From Camelus ferus (Eukaryota): 64,000 bases of DNA. The position numbers and the translations under genes were made by a program. The notes under the pieces are model-generated. The model saw nothing but the letters and a program-made list of their open reading frames with translations, was not told the origin of the DNA and did not search any database. The stretch lies in NCBI RefSeq assembly GCF_009834535.1, contig NC_045697.1, positions 57,972,001-58,036,000 on the forward strand, written 5' to 3'. Position 1 is the stretch's first letter, and every line of letters starts with the position of its first letter. Of this stretch, positions 38,803-52,195 are shown piece after piece.

Positions 38803-40680
38803 ACATTCATTCAGCATTTTCTAATACCTATTGAATGTCCTCTCTGAGTTAGGTTTTAAAAACACAGTAGTGAACAAAATCTTGTTCTCTTGAAATCTGA
38901 GTTATTGTGAAGTAGGTAGATAATTAAACGGAAACATGAGGTCTAATAATTTATGACAAATTCTGTAAAATAATAAACCAGACAAAGTCACAGAGAATGA
39001 GTAGAACATAATAAGTATCATTACTCAGCCTACCTGAGTAATTGGTACCTGAGAGGAATAATAATGACCTGGACATATGGAGACTTTTGAAAGAAAGAGA
39101 AAGAAGGGAAGTGTTAATTGCAGTCAGAGAGAAGTTGGTGGAAAATGTCATTGAAAAGATATCAGATACTAGTTCACGTGGGGTCTTTTAAGCTTTGATC
39201 AAAGAGTCTGATCATTTTATAACTGTTAAAAAATCATTTGATGATTTTAAGTAGGAGGGTATCATGGTCTCTTCTTGAGTTTGGTTTACAAGACTCTACA
39301 CAATCTATTTGCTGTGTTAATGCATTAGAAGAAGGTGAATGGAAAAGAAGTACCAGTTAGAGGACTATTGACATAATCTACAAATAAAGCATGTCTTCCA
39401 GTAATAGGAGGGACAGAAATGTAAATGCCCCAAGAAGAGGTTAAAAAAAATCAACTCAATCAGCTGAGCCATTTGATTTCTTCTTCTGTATACCATGAAG
39501 CCTAATTTTTTTTTTTTTTAGTAAAAGTCACATGGTAACAAGAGAGGGCAAATAAACACACCACAGGTCATCTACCCTACGTGGACCACCTCACTCTTCC
39601 ATACTGCACAGTAGCAATTTGAAACTGAGCAACAATCCTTAACCATTGACTCTGAATAAAATAAGCCAACACATTAGAACACTTTGGTATCTTTCTGATG
39701 CCAAAATCTACATCATTCTCTTCTGTTAGATCTTTGTTTCCTTTTCTCTGAAGCTATCCTGCCTCTCAAGTCCATAATTTCACCAATTTGGGAAAGATAT
39801 TTAACCACATATCAATCCCTCTCTTTTTGGTTTATTCAATTATTGCCTCAACTGTATCTTCTAAGAACTTTAATACTGGTTCAAGATTCTCCTGTTAGTG
39901 GCTTTTGCAGTAACCCTGGTGGGAGGTAAAAATAGTTTAGAAAATGTAATAGCAGTGGGGATGGAGGGAAGTGTGTGTGTGTGTGTGTATGTGCATATAC
40001 AAACACACACATAAACAAATATGCATCAGAATGTGTACACAAAATACATTCAATAGATACTTAGAAAGTATGGTGGACTGAGTTTGACAAATTAAAAAGC
40101 AGAAAGAGAGGAAAGGAGGTAATAAAATTCTATGTCATGGATGACTTTGAAAGAAAAAAGTTTTAAGGGATTAGCAATGGTAGAAAGAATATAGTGGGGC
40201 AAAGAATAGTACAAAGTAGAAAAAGGAAAACAAATGAACATAGCTTACTTTTGCAAGAAGCTTGGCTATAAGTAAGAGGGGAAATCAAAGTAGAATGTAA
40301 AAATCAATGCTATTCAGTTGGAATGTGGTTTTGAAAGGAGATGGTGTTTTGCTTTTATTTTGCTGTCACTGTTGAGCCTTGAAGTACTCATACACTTATG
40401 ACAAGGAGTGAGTAGGGAGAAAAATTGAAGATCAGGGATTGAAAAAAAGAATCAATATCTTAAAGAGCCACACCATGGTGACGTACACAAAACTTCTACC
40501 GGATACAAGTGGAATTGGCATACAATAAGAGGAACAACCCTCTGAATATTAGGAGAAAGAAAGTGAAAATATGGATGCAAGTGCAGGCATTTGTTATGAA
40601 AAATGGTATGAAGCTGAAGGAATTTCAATAAGATGATGTTGCAACCACTGAAATGCACCACTCAGTTCTTTCTTCAGGAG
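38803..40680 (-). mobile_element. Patchwork of LINE-2 fragments, mostly antisense; includes (TG)n at about 39972-39988
   Basis: cattcattcagca L2 terminus; tgattttaagtaggagg; gaagcttggctataag. Confidence 0.55.
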
Positions 40681-40689
40681 AGAAACTGC

Positions 40690-41120
40690 TGTGAGGAATT
40701 TGATTAGCTAACATCCTCCAGCCATTGCCTCTTCATAATCTACAACAGTGTTTACTGTGAAGTCCCTCCCTGCCTAGGCTGCATCCAGTTAATGGCTGAA
40801 CACAGCTGGGTTACCAGAGCCGGGCCACTCTAGCCCAGTGTGAGCCTCCTCTAACAGGAAGTATTTGTCCCAAATCTCTCTACTGGCCTGGCCAAGACTT
40901 TCTTAGAGCTACACTGCAGCGTGAGAGTTTAATCCTCCCTACTTAATCCTCCCTCTAGTCCTTTCTCCTTTCATAGGTGTCAGATCTGCATTGCAATCTG
41001 AAGACTTTCTCCTCCTACTCCAGCTTACTCTGCCTTTGTCATTCACAGGCACTTTTATAAATCTTTTACATCCTTGAGTCCATCTTAGTACCCTGATCTC
41101 AAAGAACCTGAACCGACAGA
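40690..41120 (+). mobile_element. ERVL-class solo LTR (LTR40/MER54-like)
   Basis: ggcctggccaagactttcttagagctacactgcag ... ctcctttcataggtgtcagatctgc ... ataaatctttt ... acctgaaccgaca. Confidence 0.75.
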
Positions 41121-41549
41121 GAGAGACTATCTCTCTTTGATCAAGGATTGTATAATTTTTCCAAAAGGAAAAAAAAAAGAATGCCATGAAAAATATTAAA
41201 CGTAGACTAAAGAGGACTTTTTTTGCTTATTAGATATTTATACATATTAACAGGCTATAATAAGCAAAAAACACAGGGTTAAGACAGATGAATTAGGTAT
41301 TACAAACTTTTCAGTAACAGTCTCATACTATTAAAATTCAATTTAGGATAAAGAGGATATCACAGATGACACTGAATCAATTTCTATTTGAATAAAAAGC
41401 AAATTTTGGATCATCAACTCAAATTATATGCTACACATGATAAATGAATGGCATTAGATAATTACGGCTTCCTGAAACTGCATTTTCAAGCTTAGCTATC
41501 AGATGTGTGAAACTTTTCTGTTAAGACTTTTGCTCCATGTTCAAATACA

Positions 41550-41785
41550 GGGTAAAATATAGGGGCTAAGAGAATTACGTTTGGACTTCTACAGACTTGG
41601 ACTTGAGTGCCAGCTCTATCATTTCATAGCTTTAATTTGTCAAATTATTTGAACTTTTAAACCTCAATTTTCTCATCTGCAAAATTAAGGCCAAAAAATA
41701 TCTACCGCATAAATAAATAAAAGGATTGCCTTAATTGCAACGATGTGGGTAAAGTTCAGAGTAAATATTTAATGAATGTTTAATG
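41550..41785 (+). mobile_element. MIR SINE
   Basis: cagacttggacttgagtgccagctct ... cctcaattttctcatctgcaaaat. Confidence 0.7.
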
Positions 41786-44700
41786 TTTATGTTTAATGGA
41801 TTTGTAGCTATTATTGTACTGATGATAGTAGTAGCAGCAGTAGCAACAGTGTTTTATTACTTTGAAGACTGATCTCTACTATATCTAAATTATGAACTAC
41901 TGGATTAACAATAGCACATTCTGGGCTCTGCTTTGTATCACCCTTGTTATAAGAGGAGAGGGAGATGTAGAAATTTGATTAGTAGAGGCAGACAGTTAAA
42001 GTGCTACAGGACCACAGAAACAGGTTCACTAAGAACACATTATTAAAAAAAAAAACAACCACCACCTAAAAGTAACCTCAGTGAATACTGTCTAAGAGAC
42101 TAAGGATGACTACTTGAAATGATGACAACAGATAAAATTTATGTTCAAGCCACTGTAAGAAACTTCTCTTTTCTCTACCCTCTGGTCATAAGTTTCTAAT
42201 TGAAACCAATGAGAATAAAAGGAAAAAAACTGCTCAGTAAGAAGAAAATTGAGTTTAAAACTGTGGAAACTCATCTAATATAAACTTTAGTTGACATCCA
42301 AGATGGGGAAATGGTTCCAGAATCGGTGAAGAAGGCAGCCAAATCATAAAGGTTAAAATCAAAACAGTTTTTAAAAATTACACTTATCTCTTTCAAATTT
42401 GCATACAAGCCACAAGGTATGCTGGAAAATTAAGAAGTGATCACTGTTGCTAAATGGTCTGTAAACAGTAACTAGATAAGTATCATTATCTTAATCAAAA
42501 GCATTCATTAAACCCACATCTAAATTGACTGGTGGTACAGTGTTGGGCATTGGGAACAAGGCAGCTTAATATGTGGTGATCCTTACCCTGGGGGATGGGA
42601 GGAGAAAACTGTCTATCTGGCATAAAAGACAAATGAAGTAGCATTAAGCAAATACTTTAATAGGAAAAGTGTAGGTATGAGGTTTAGAACAGAAAAAATA
42701 AAGGTTTCCTCTTATTTCTAAGTGATTCTATATGAAAAGTATCTCATTGTTCCTTTAAATAGATTCATCAGTGCACTTACATCACAAGAAGACTGATTTA
42801 ATCCCAATTTTAAAGGTCACAGTAATTACATATATTGTGGCACACTTAACAGATATCATCTGAGCACATTTGCACAAGAAAAAAGTGGCCAGTGTAACTA
42901 CACTCAGCAATCCACACATCTTAAAATTGTCACCTTCAGAATTATTATGATAGAATGATCTCTCTACATGCAGTTTTCATGTGAGTGGTCGCCGGTATTA
43001 TATCATATTACAACTAACGTGTAACATAATCAGGATATTATAGCACATGTGTGCACATGCATGTGTGTATGTGTGTGTGCGTGCGTGCCTTACTGCAGTA
43101 GAGAAGGATGCAATGAATATATCTGAGAAGCAGGAGACAACTATACAGAGCATTCAGAAGTCTGCACCCCTGCACTTAAAGCATCTCTCTAAGTAAAAAG
43201 GCTAGATATCGCATATCATTAAACCAGCAATGCCTACCAGAATGAATCAAACATTTTCACAAAATCACGAATACTTTAAGAATATTCTAATTAGATTTGG
43301 AGAATACCAACCTTACTTCATTCAAGTCTCATGTTGTGCATTGAAAACATACAGAAAATGTGCAGATGTTTTCTAAATGTACACATTTAAAAAATGTTTC
43401 TTTTATCCTCGGGTAAAGGAAAGATAGCATCAGCCAATCAAAAGAAGAAGAAAGAGCAATTCAAGGAGAGACTTTTTTTTTTTTTTTTTTTTTTGCTAAT
43501 TTCCAGAGGGAATTAACCAATTTTCTGTATTATGATAGAATCAGCATATTGAGGATTGGACCTATAGATAATGTCAAAAGAAGAAGAGGTGCTTGCAGCT
43601 TTGTGTGCCTGCTGAATCTTAAATATGAATGGCTGCTGAGCTTCTGTTTGCTCCACGATTACCGGTCAGGTTTCATCAGATTGGAGCCTGCTGTTTAAGC
43701 TGTATTTAGGACACGACCCTAGCAGCTGGCTCCACTGAATGAGCCGCTTCAAGGTGGTTATTACTATGCATGCAATAACTAAAGAATTTGGAAGAGCTAA
43801 GAAAAGCACTAATCCTTGTGTACTCTATTGAATATTTTGGTGGATTTGAAATCCAACTAAGCAAGGAGCATATGAAAAATAAAAGTATGGTAATTTACAC
43901 TAAAAATAACTTTAATATTACCATCTGGATGACAGAAAATGCCATACGACTTTGTCAGAGTAAGGAGAATCTATTTTTTAAAGGCTTACAACTTTAAAAA
44001 GAGTTTGAAAGTTTTTACTAAGTTTCATAAATTTACAAAAGCATTCTTTAAATAATTGGTGTTTGAATAATATCTGGAAAAACGTCAAAATACATTTACT
44101 TTTATATCCAATGTCTAGAAAGAAGAGGATTATATCTTATTCAGTCCTAGATCATGTAAGACATATCATATTGTAGTCATCCATAAATGTTTCTTGAATT
44201 AGAAGTTATCTACTAATGTTTGAAAATATAAAATGAGAGCTTTGGAGAAGCTCTAAAGAAAATTTAAAACCACCCAAAAAATGAGCATTGTGTTATGAAA
44301 AAGTCCAGAACATCCAAGAGAATTCAATCTTGTCTTTTCTGTGCAGAAGATTGAAAATTAAAATAAGGGATAATGGCAAATAATTTCAATTTACAGAATA
44401 TCAACAAACAATATAAATATCATTATTTGTATTCTTTATATTGATATTTATTCAATATACATATCAAGAAAGAAAAGTAGGAAATCTATCTTTCTAAGTT
44501 TTGTAGTATCTAATTGACTCCAGAAAAGAGAAGATTCAAAAAGAGCCATAACATTTTTTCACAGAGTAAACAACTTAAATGTGATCAATATAGCCTTTTA
44601 CCTAGATATGTTGATCAGCAAATACTTCTGAAATAGTTACCATTATCAGGGTTACCAAATAATTTAGAGATAGGAAATGACATATACTGATAATGATTGC

Positions 44701-47056
44701 TAAGTAGTTCCATGTAGTCAGATAAGTCTGTTTTAGAGCAACAAACTAGGGTTGCTTAAACACTAAAATATCCATTGAAAACTCCAGGGAAAATTGTGGC
44801 ATTAGAACTCTTTGAACTCCAGAATCTGACCAAAATGTTTAATGAAAAGTTAAAATGCTAGGCTAAAGGCATGAAGAATTAAAGGAAGAAATTTCATCCC
44901 CTCTGAAACAGAGATAAGGTGTCAAATATATTTTATAGCATTATACAACATTACAAAGTAGTATTGTTCTCACCATGAAAACAAACCAACAAACATTAAA
45001 TTTAAAAATATTTTTCCTTGCCCTTCCCCTAAAGGCATAATTAAAATCTTCCCTAGCCTCCTTCATTCCTCCTACTCTATCTGAATGACATACTACAGCT
45101 AAATTGTATCTGATCAAGGGTTGTTAGGATTGATCTCTGATGGTAGGGTCAGTTTCTGGATTCACAAGTATCTTTGTGACTTTATTCTCCTCTCCCTCTA
45201 TAGACTATTATACCAGCAGAGTCATACTGGGTGGGGATACTCTAATCTCCCTCTAGGAAACTACCATGACACAAACATTTATCTTCCCGAGAAAGCTGGG
45301 GGTATATTTCAGGTTGTATAAAGTTAACCTCACGTTAGCTTTACCTAGAAAGTTCAGGAGTGAACATTTTGTACAGTTACATAAATAAATGTTTTGAGTT
45401 AGAGCATCTCTCTATTGACCTGTTTCTATTCAACAGGGACTTAATGGATTCATTTACCTTCATTCGATTCTTTCCTATTCATTCCAAATGCCTAATGCAA
45501 TTGCAGGCCATTATATTGCAATTACTCAATAAGAAAATACTTTTAAATGAGAGCTTATGAAAACATTTTATAGTATTTCAATTGGAGCCAAAAAATAACT
45601 GCAGGTACAATTATTATTAAAAAAAAAAAAAAAAGGAAAAAAACTACACAGTAAATAGAAAAGCTCCTCTAAGATATTTCTCCTCATAAAGGTTGCTAAA
45701 GCAGAAATATGGAGAGTTAAAGAAAATTATATTTTGCCCCCTCTTTATATTAGGTTAGATATGAAGAGTTTGGTTGGCAGAGGACAATAAATTTCAACTC
45801 ATTTATTCTGCAATTTTCAGCAATTATGTATTAACATGTCCACATATATTACAGTACTTTGATTTCACTGGAAAGGTATCAGGATAAATGATGCTCTTCA
45901 AAGCCACATAAAAAAAAATGATTCTAAAATGTAAGTATAATGTTTAGGTTTTATAAATTAGTATGTTTAAATAGTCTATACTTAGGACTCTGAAGATATA
46001 TAATAGCTTTTAACTTTAACATTACATATTAGAATTACTGAAATGTATAATTGTATATAATTCTACATATAACTGCATAGAATTTGCAAACTCTTGCCAA
46101 TAAATAATAAATGAATAATATTATAAGTAATAATAATGAAAGGCATTATAGACTGAGTTAAAATGCTTAGTATTGCAAAGAACCAAAAGTAATCAAATTG
46201 AGTTTTTTTCTTTACATAGGAATTTTCCACACTATCCCTAATACCTCATACTTAAATGTAAGCTGCACCAAATTACTGCTGTTGACTGTTTAATTTTCAC
46301 GTGATTTCACTACTTGTAAAGAAGTAACAAAATTTTAAAAAGCTGTTCATTTATGACAGAGTCAATCATGAAATGGTCCAGTTTGGAATCATTGTGTCTC
46401 ATCTTCCTTTCCCCAACTCCAAAGTTCTTAGAATGACTCAATTAGTGGTTCCTCTTCTAACTAAAGGAAAACTCTAGGCTTTATTCCTTCCCCTTTTATC
46501 ATGCCAGAATGAGAACAAGCATGTAAAATAGAACAAAACACTAAACGAAAAGTGCTATGGTACCAAAAAAGGATCATGAGAGATCCAACCCTTCAGTTTT
46601 TAGAATGGCATCTGCTGATCTACTTAGATCACCTGAATTAATACTGAGTGTACACTGAAACCACGTTAGAGTAACTTATCTGTAACAGTGCATTTAAAAG
46701 TCAATCAGAAGCATTTAGAGCAGTGCTAGTTGTTCACTTAATAAGACCAAATTTGTACGGCAGAGGTATGATTCATTGGTTATTAGCTCATAATCCACGT
46801 AAGTGAGCTATGTAAGTTAGCTAGTTACTCTATAACATACATATAAAATCTGTAATACAATTTAAAATAAATTGAACAAAGTTAAAAGTAGCATATTTTA
46901 AATATGAGCTTTACTTTTTTAAAAGATCAGTATTCACAGATGAATTATTAGGGAAAAAACTTACTTGGAACTTATATAGTAGTCAGAGATGGCAAAGAGC
47001 TATATATTATTTATCTCTTTAGTACAAATAAGCATTTCCTTTCATTTAGCTACTTT

Positions 47057-48104
47057 ATCAATCAGAGTTCAGTCAGGAGATAAAAACACAGTAATTTGAA
47101 GAGGGAAATTTTAACATAAAGAATTATTCATTAGAGCAGGAGACGAGTAACAAGGGATTGGCTAGTAAGACATAAAGAGAATGCTGAATAACAGAGCACA
47201 GATACAATAAATAATATAATAGCAATATAATAGCAAAGATAATATCATGTAATATATAAACATTTCTCTTTTCTTTTCCCCAAACTTAGTATATTGAAAC
47301 CCCACCACACAATGTGATAGAACTAGGAAGTGGGGCCCCTGGGATAGATGAGGTCATGAGGGTAGAGCCCCCATGCGTGAAATCTGTGCCCTTATGAGAG
47401 TCACGGGAGAGCTTGCTGCCCCCCGCTTTCTGCCGCGTGAGAGCACATGGAGACGTCAGCAGTCTGCGGCTTGCAAGGGGGCTTTCACCGGAACTTGACC
47501 TTGCTGCCACCCTAAGCTTAGACTTCCACCTTCCAGACCTTCAAGAAATAAATTTCTGTTGTTTAAGCTACTCAACCTATGATGTTCTGTTATTGTGGCC
47601 CAAACTGACAAAGACAGTCATTACCCCTCTGGCTAAGAGAAAACACCCACGGTGGTGTTCCCTCCTTACTTACACTCCTCCTCCAGCCCAGGACTGAGAC
47701 CCAGACCTCCCGGGAGAAGGCGCAGCCATGACTCATTACATGGCAGAGAAGCTGCTCTGGTGCTGTGTCGGAGGAACTCACTGGACATCCTCCCTCTGGA
47801 ACTTGCTGGGAACCTGCTCTCTGGGGTGCCTGGAGAAGCCACCCACCGGGACGTGTCACTCCTCAGTATCTGCTGTGAACCCAACCAAAGGGATGCCAGG
47901 GGAAGCTGTTGGCTGCCTTGAACCGCTGAGCCAGGAGCCACAGATACTATAAGGTGAGAGGAGCACGTCAGAACCAGGAAGAGAAAGTCCCTTCCTCTTC
48001 CAGCATCTGTACTGGCAAAGCACTCGACTGACAAAGACTGACACTAGTTCAGCTGGCAAAGAAGAAACTGCACAACTGAGAGGCAATAAATTGATCATTG
48101 TCAC
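47057..48104 (-). mobile_element. Old ERVL-class LTR (LTR41/LTR52-like) split by an MLT1A insertion
   Basis: tatcaatcagagttcagtcaggaga ... tttaacataaagaatt on the left; gagaggcaataaattgat...tcaca on the right. Confidence 0.6.
47265..47616 (+). mobile_element. MaLR LTR (MLT1A-like)
   Basis: gatgaggtcatgagggtagagcccccatg ... gtgcccttatgagag ... agaaataaatttctgttgtttaagc ... aagaca. Confidence 0.85.
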
Positions 48105-49989
48105 AGTTATTTATCTTATCAATGAGTAAGTTTCTTTTACCTCCTCACCTCTTCTAACTAGATTTGTAACACGGCCAATTCTCCTGCTAGATTTGTTTTC
48201 CTTTCTCAACAGAATATAAAAAGTCTCAACTATCTCAAGACTTTAAAAATCCTCTATTACTATAATTAATAATACATACTTTATAGCACTGTATGGAATT
48301 AAAACATTTTTTCCTAACTTATAAAGCAATTGGCAAGATAGAAAAAGTTATTAACAACCTTACACAGAAGACAAACCTGAAGCAGCCCAGACAGCCCACT
48401 TCTGCACTCTTCTCACAGTAATCTCCTATAATTCTAGAATACTGCTTAAAAGCTTATGTTAGTTTCCTTCTTCTTAGAGAATTAAATCTAAACTCCTTAA
48501 TTTGGCAAACAGACATTCATATTCTAAACTCAAATTACTTTTTCATCCTTTATTTCCTTTTAATGTTATCACGCTCAATATTCACTCCAAAGACACAACA
48601 TGGTTCTCTCTTTCCTCATTAAGTCATGTTCCTTTTTGGCAAATATATGACTCAGTATATTCTATTTCTTCTTCTGGCTCAAAAAAGCCAAAGTCAATAA
48701 ATGGAGTAATTATGTACACTTGGCGGAGATGGAAGAACCATATTACTATATTACTTTTAAACATAGTAGGTTAATCCAAGTAACGTGTTCAGAACACTGC
48801 CTAGCATCATCTATGTGCTCAATAAATAAATGTTAGCTTTTATTGTTATTATTTGCCTAATTTCAGTTTTCTCACCTCCAGCATTGGTGAAGTGGCTCTG
48901 TGAGAAGTGCTACATATTCAGATTATCCTTTTTCTGGAATGACCAGGAAACTAAGAAATTACTGGGCAGTAGAGCTGACTAAATTGTGGGAAAAACAAGT
49001 CAATTACATGGTGACTCTCACTTCTAATTTCCCATGACCAGAAGTGTCTCCTAATCTTTGCCATTGCTGCTGCCTTTCCATCATCATCACTGTCATCTAC
49101 AAAAGTAAAACACAATGAGTCACTGGGGTCAAGTAACATAACACTAAAATGGGCCAGGTTTGTAGCATCACCCTAGACCTATGGAGAGTAAATGAGCTGA
49201 GTGAAGGGTGACAGCAGACATGGCCCATGAGGAGAAATCAACACATTATCAAAAGAAGGATGTATGAATGCTAGAGAGAATACAAAAAGTGCTTACTATG
49301 TATCCATTAAAAGTGACCTATTTTAAAGAATTCTGTAGTAACTGAATGCCAGAAATACATTGAAATATTCAAATGCCTTGATCATTACTTCCAATACTGT
49401 CATTTTAGAGGCAAATATATTAATGGTCCAGAGAATGCATATTTGGTGCAAGGGCAAACCCTGGGAAACATGAGAGCCAGGAGTAGAAAGAACCCAGTAA
49501 TTTTAATTAGGTTAGTATTTGCTCAGAGTTATGCTTTGAAAGGTGCTTTAACATAAGCCAAGAAATGTAACTAAATTAGAAGCATCAGCAAAGAAAACTA
49601 ATAATTTGCAAACTGCCACATACTAAATAGCAAAGAAGGAATATTCTGCTGAATACTGTATCAACCCTTCAAATCTCACCAAAATTCACAAAAATTCCTA
49701 AGAATGCATTTTTCTAACTTTTCTCTAAAACCATTATTCGATATTAGCTCTTGGCTTCGTGTTTCCCATTAGCTGAGTTATTATTTTAGTAATGTTGTGT
49801 AGATTTAGCATCTGCTTGTGATGTGCTTTTCACCACTTCTAAGGAATGCTGATGTTCCTTGCTTCCAAATAGCATTCTCTCTAACTTGACATTGATGATC
49901 ATGTTATATAAGCTGTATGCAACCTAACAAGCAACAAAAAATTGAGTATTATGGACTCACATGTTCTCAGCAAACATCTTTATCATGAT

Positions 49990-50885
49990 ATAGAGAAGTT
50001 CCATAATACAGAGGCTAAGATATTTGTCTCAGGATTCAGAAGATCTGAATTCAAACCTCAGTTGGAACTTAAAGTCGTGTGACCTATGATGTTACTACTA
50101 CTTTGTACCTGAGATTTCACATCTTTAAAGTAGATATAATATTAACATATAACCAATAATGATCAAGTGAAATAAAAATATATAAGGTACTTAGTACTAC
50201 CTTCCCCACAGGAATCACACAATTAATGCCATGATTGTTGTTGTCATGGCTACTCACGGTCTATGGGGTAGGAGCAAGGAGTTCCAAGGTCTGGAGAAGC
50301 TTATAGTCTTCACTACAGACAGAAAATGAACTGCTGAAAAAAACACGGGACATCAGACCTTATTAGAGAGAATAAAAAGATTCAAATGAAGCCAATATCA
50401 AAACCTGGAACGTTGGAGAGAGCACTTATTGCAAGGAATGTTTCAAATATAAATTAACTACAGTAGCTCCATCTCTTTGGGCAACTCATCTCCTCCAAAC
50501 CTCAGTTTTCTTCCTAAGTAAAATGACACATGTGGCTTACATTCACTGAAGGATACTCTTTGCCAGGTATTGTTTAAATATTCAAACAATCCATCTTATA
50601 AGTCAAGTTCAATAATTATTCCTCTTTCACAGATGAGTAAATAAATTCCAGAGAGGTGACATAAAATACCCAAGATCACCCCAAATTTACTGGTGGAACA
50701 AAGCCATGTAGTTTGGCTCTAGAGTTCATACTCTTAGTTACTGGGTAATTCTGCCTCCACTAGATCAGCATGGAAACTATTTGTAAGGTTTGTCTAAAGA
50801 TGAAGTGCAGCCCAATGCGTGGAAAACAATAAGCACAGAGCCTGTCACATAGAGAAACTGCAATGCATTTTAGCTATTACCATTA
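49990..50885. mobile_element. MIR cluster: plus-strand MIR (about 49990-50240), then a plus-strand MIR apparently split by a minus-strand MIR (about 50540-50760)
   Basis: tcagaagatctgaattcaaac; cctcagttttcttcctaagtaaaatg; tttcacagatgag..cagagaggtgac..cccaagatcac; agcacagagcctgtcacatag. Confidence 0.65.
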
Positions 50886-50956
50886 ATATAACATCATTGA
50901 AAAGCAGAGGCCGCTAAAATCTGACACCTTTGTTATACAGAAAGTACTTAAATGTA

Positions 50957-51174
50957 TAGTTGACCCTTGCACAAAGCAGGCTTAAACTGCACAAATTCAC
51001 TTATATATGGATTTTTTTCAAGAAATTCTACTACAGCACTATACAGTCCATAGTTGGTTGAATTTACAGATGTAAAACCACACATACAGGGGGCCGACTG
51101 TAAAGTTATACTTAAATTTTCAACTGTGTGAAGGGTTGGTGCCCCTAACTCTCATGTTGTTTAGGGATCAACTG
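50957..51174. mobile_element. Tigger2-derived MITE (Tigger2a-type)
   Basis: TIRs tagttgacccttg / tagggatcaactg flanked by TA on both sides. Confidence 0.88.
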
Positions 51175-51233
51175 TATTTTTTTCCGTACAAAAAAAAAAA
51201 AAAAAGAAAAAGCAAATTTGAAAGTTAAATTTA

Positions 51234-51266
51234 ATTGCTTCTTGGCCTTTTGGCTAAGATCAAGTG
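51234..51266 (+). pseudogene. U2 snRNA retropseudogene, 5' 33 nt only
   Basis: attgcttcttggccttttggctaagatcaagtg is 31/33 identical to U2 nt 1-33; both differences are CpG>TpG. Flanking direct repeat gaaagttaaattta / gaaagctgaattca. Confidence 0.92.
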
Positions 51267-51962
51267 AAAGCTGAATTCATGATTCAAAGAAGAAACTGAG
51301 TGCTTATTTGTGTGAATGGCTTAAGAAGCAGTATTTCCCATGCTGTCATATCTGTTATTGTATTTTTATACGGTTACAAAATTTTCTAATCATAGCTCCC
51401 ACTCCATTTTTTGTCAAAGCACATTGCTATTATAAGAATAATAAAATAATATATGCTTTTAAAATATAATATTATCCAAGCTTATGGGGCAGTTTTCTTT
51501 ATCTGACCCTAATTAGAGTGAATTAGCACAACTTTGTGGGTTTATACATTATATTTAGCTTTTTTGAGCCACCCTAGGTAACCAATGTGACAGTGAATGT
51601 GAAAAGAGTCTTACAAATTGTAAAATTATTTTTAAAAGTAGAGGAATTTATCTATTTTTACCAAGATGACTCCAAAAGATCTATTTCAAAAAAAAATTTT
51701 AGCCTATGTCTCCAATGTAAGTTTGCAGTTCACTTTAATTCTTCCATTACCCCATTATGTTAAATATATATCTCAAGCCAAATCCATTGTTTCCTTCCCA
51801 TTAAACCAGTAGCTTCTTTCAGCCTATAGAAAAGTGTGGTATTACAAAAGACAATCAAATTTCTAGGTAATGGTAGATTCAAAGAAACCAGAGCGCATGT
51901 CTTCAGACTTCTAATTCAACACACTTCTACTGCAGGTGAGCAGATAATGTAAGATAAAGTTA

Positions 51963-52195
51963 GAGAGACAGTATAACATGGTGTTTCAGGCATTCTGAAC
52001 CTGCAATGCATGGGTATGATTCTTTGCTCTGCTGTTTCTTAGTTTTATGACCTTAGGAAAGTTACTTAACCTCTTGTGCTTCTGTTTTCACATCTTAATC
52101 CAATATACTTCAAATGGTCTCTCTGGGGACTAAATGTACTAATTTATGTAAAGTGCCTAGAAGAATCTGACATATGTCATATGTTAAATAAGTGT
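51963..52195 (+). mobile_element. MIR SINE
   Basis: tgaccttaggaaagttacttaacctcttgtgcttctgtttt ... tgtaaagtgcctagaa. Confidence 0.8.

Noticed and set aside
47286..48104. Cluster of seven overlapping ORFs
   Set aside because: Explained by stop-codon scarcity in GC-rich LTR sequence; there is no recognisable protein.
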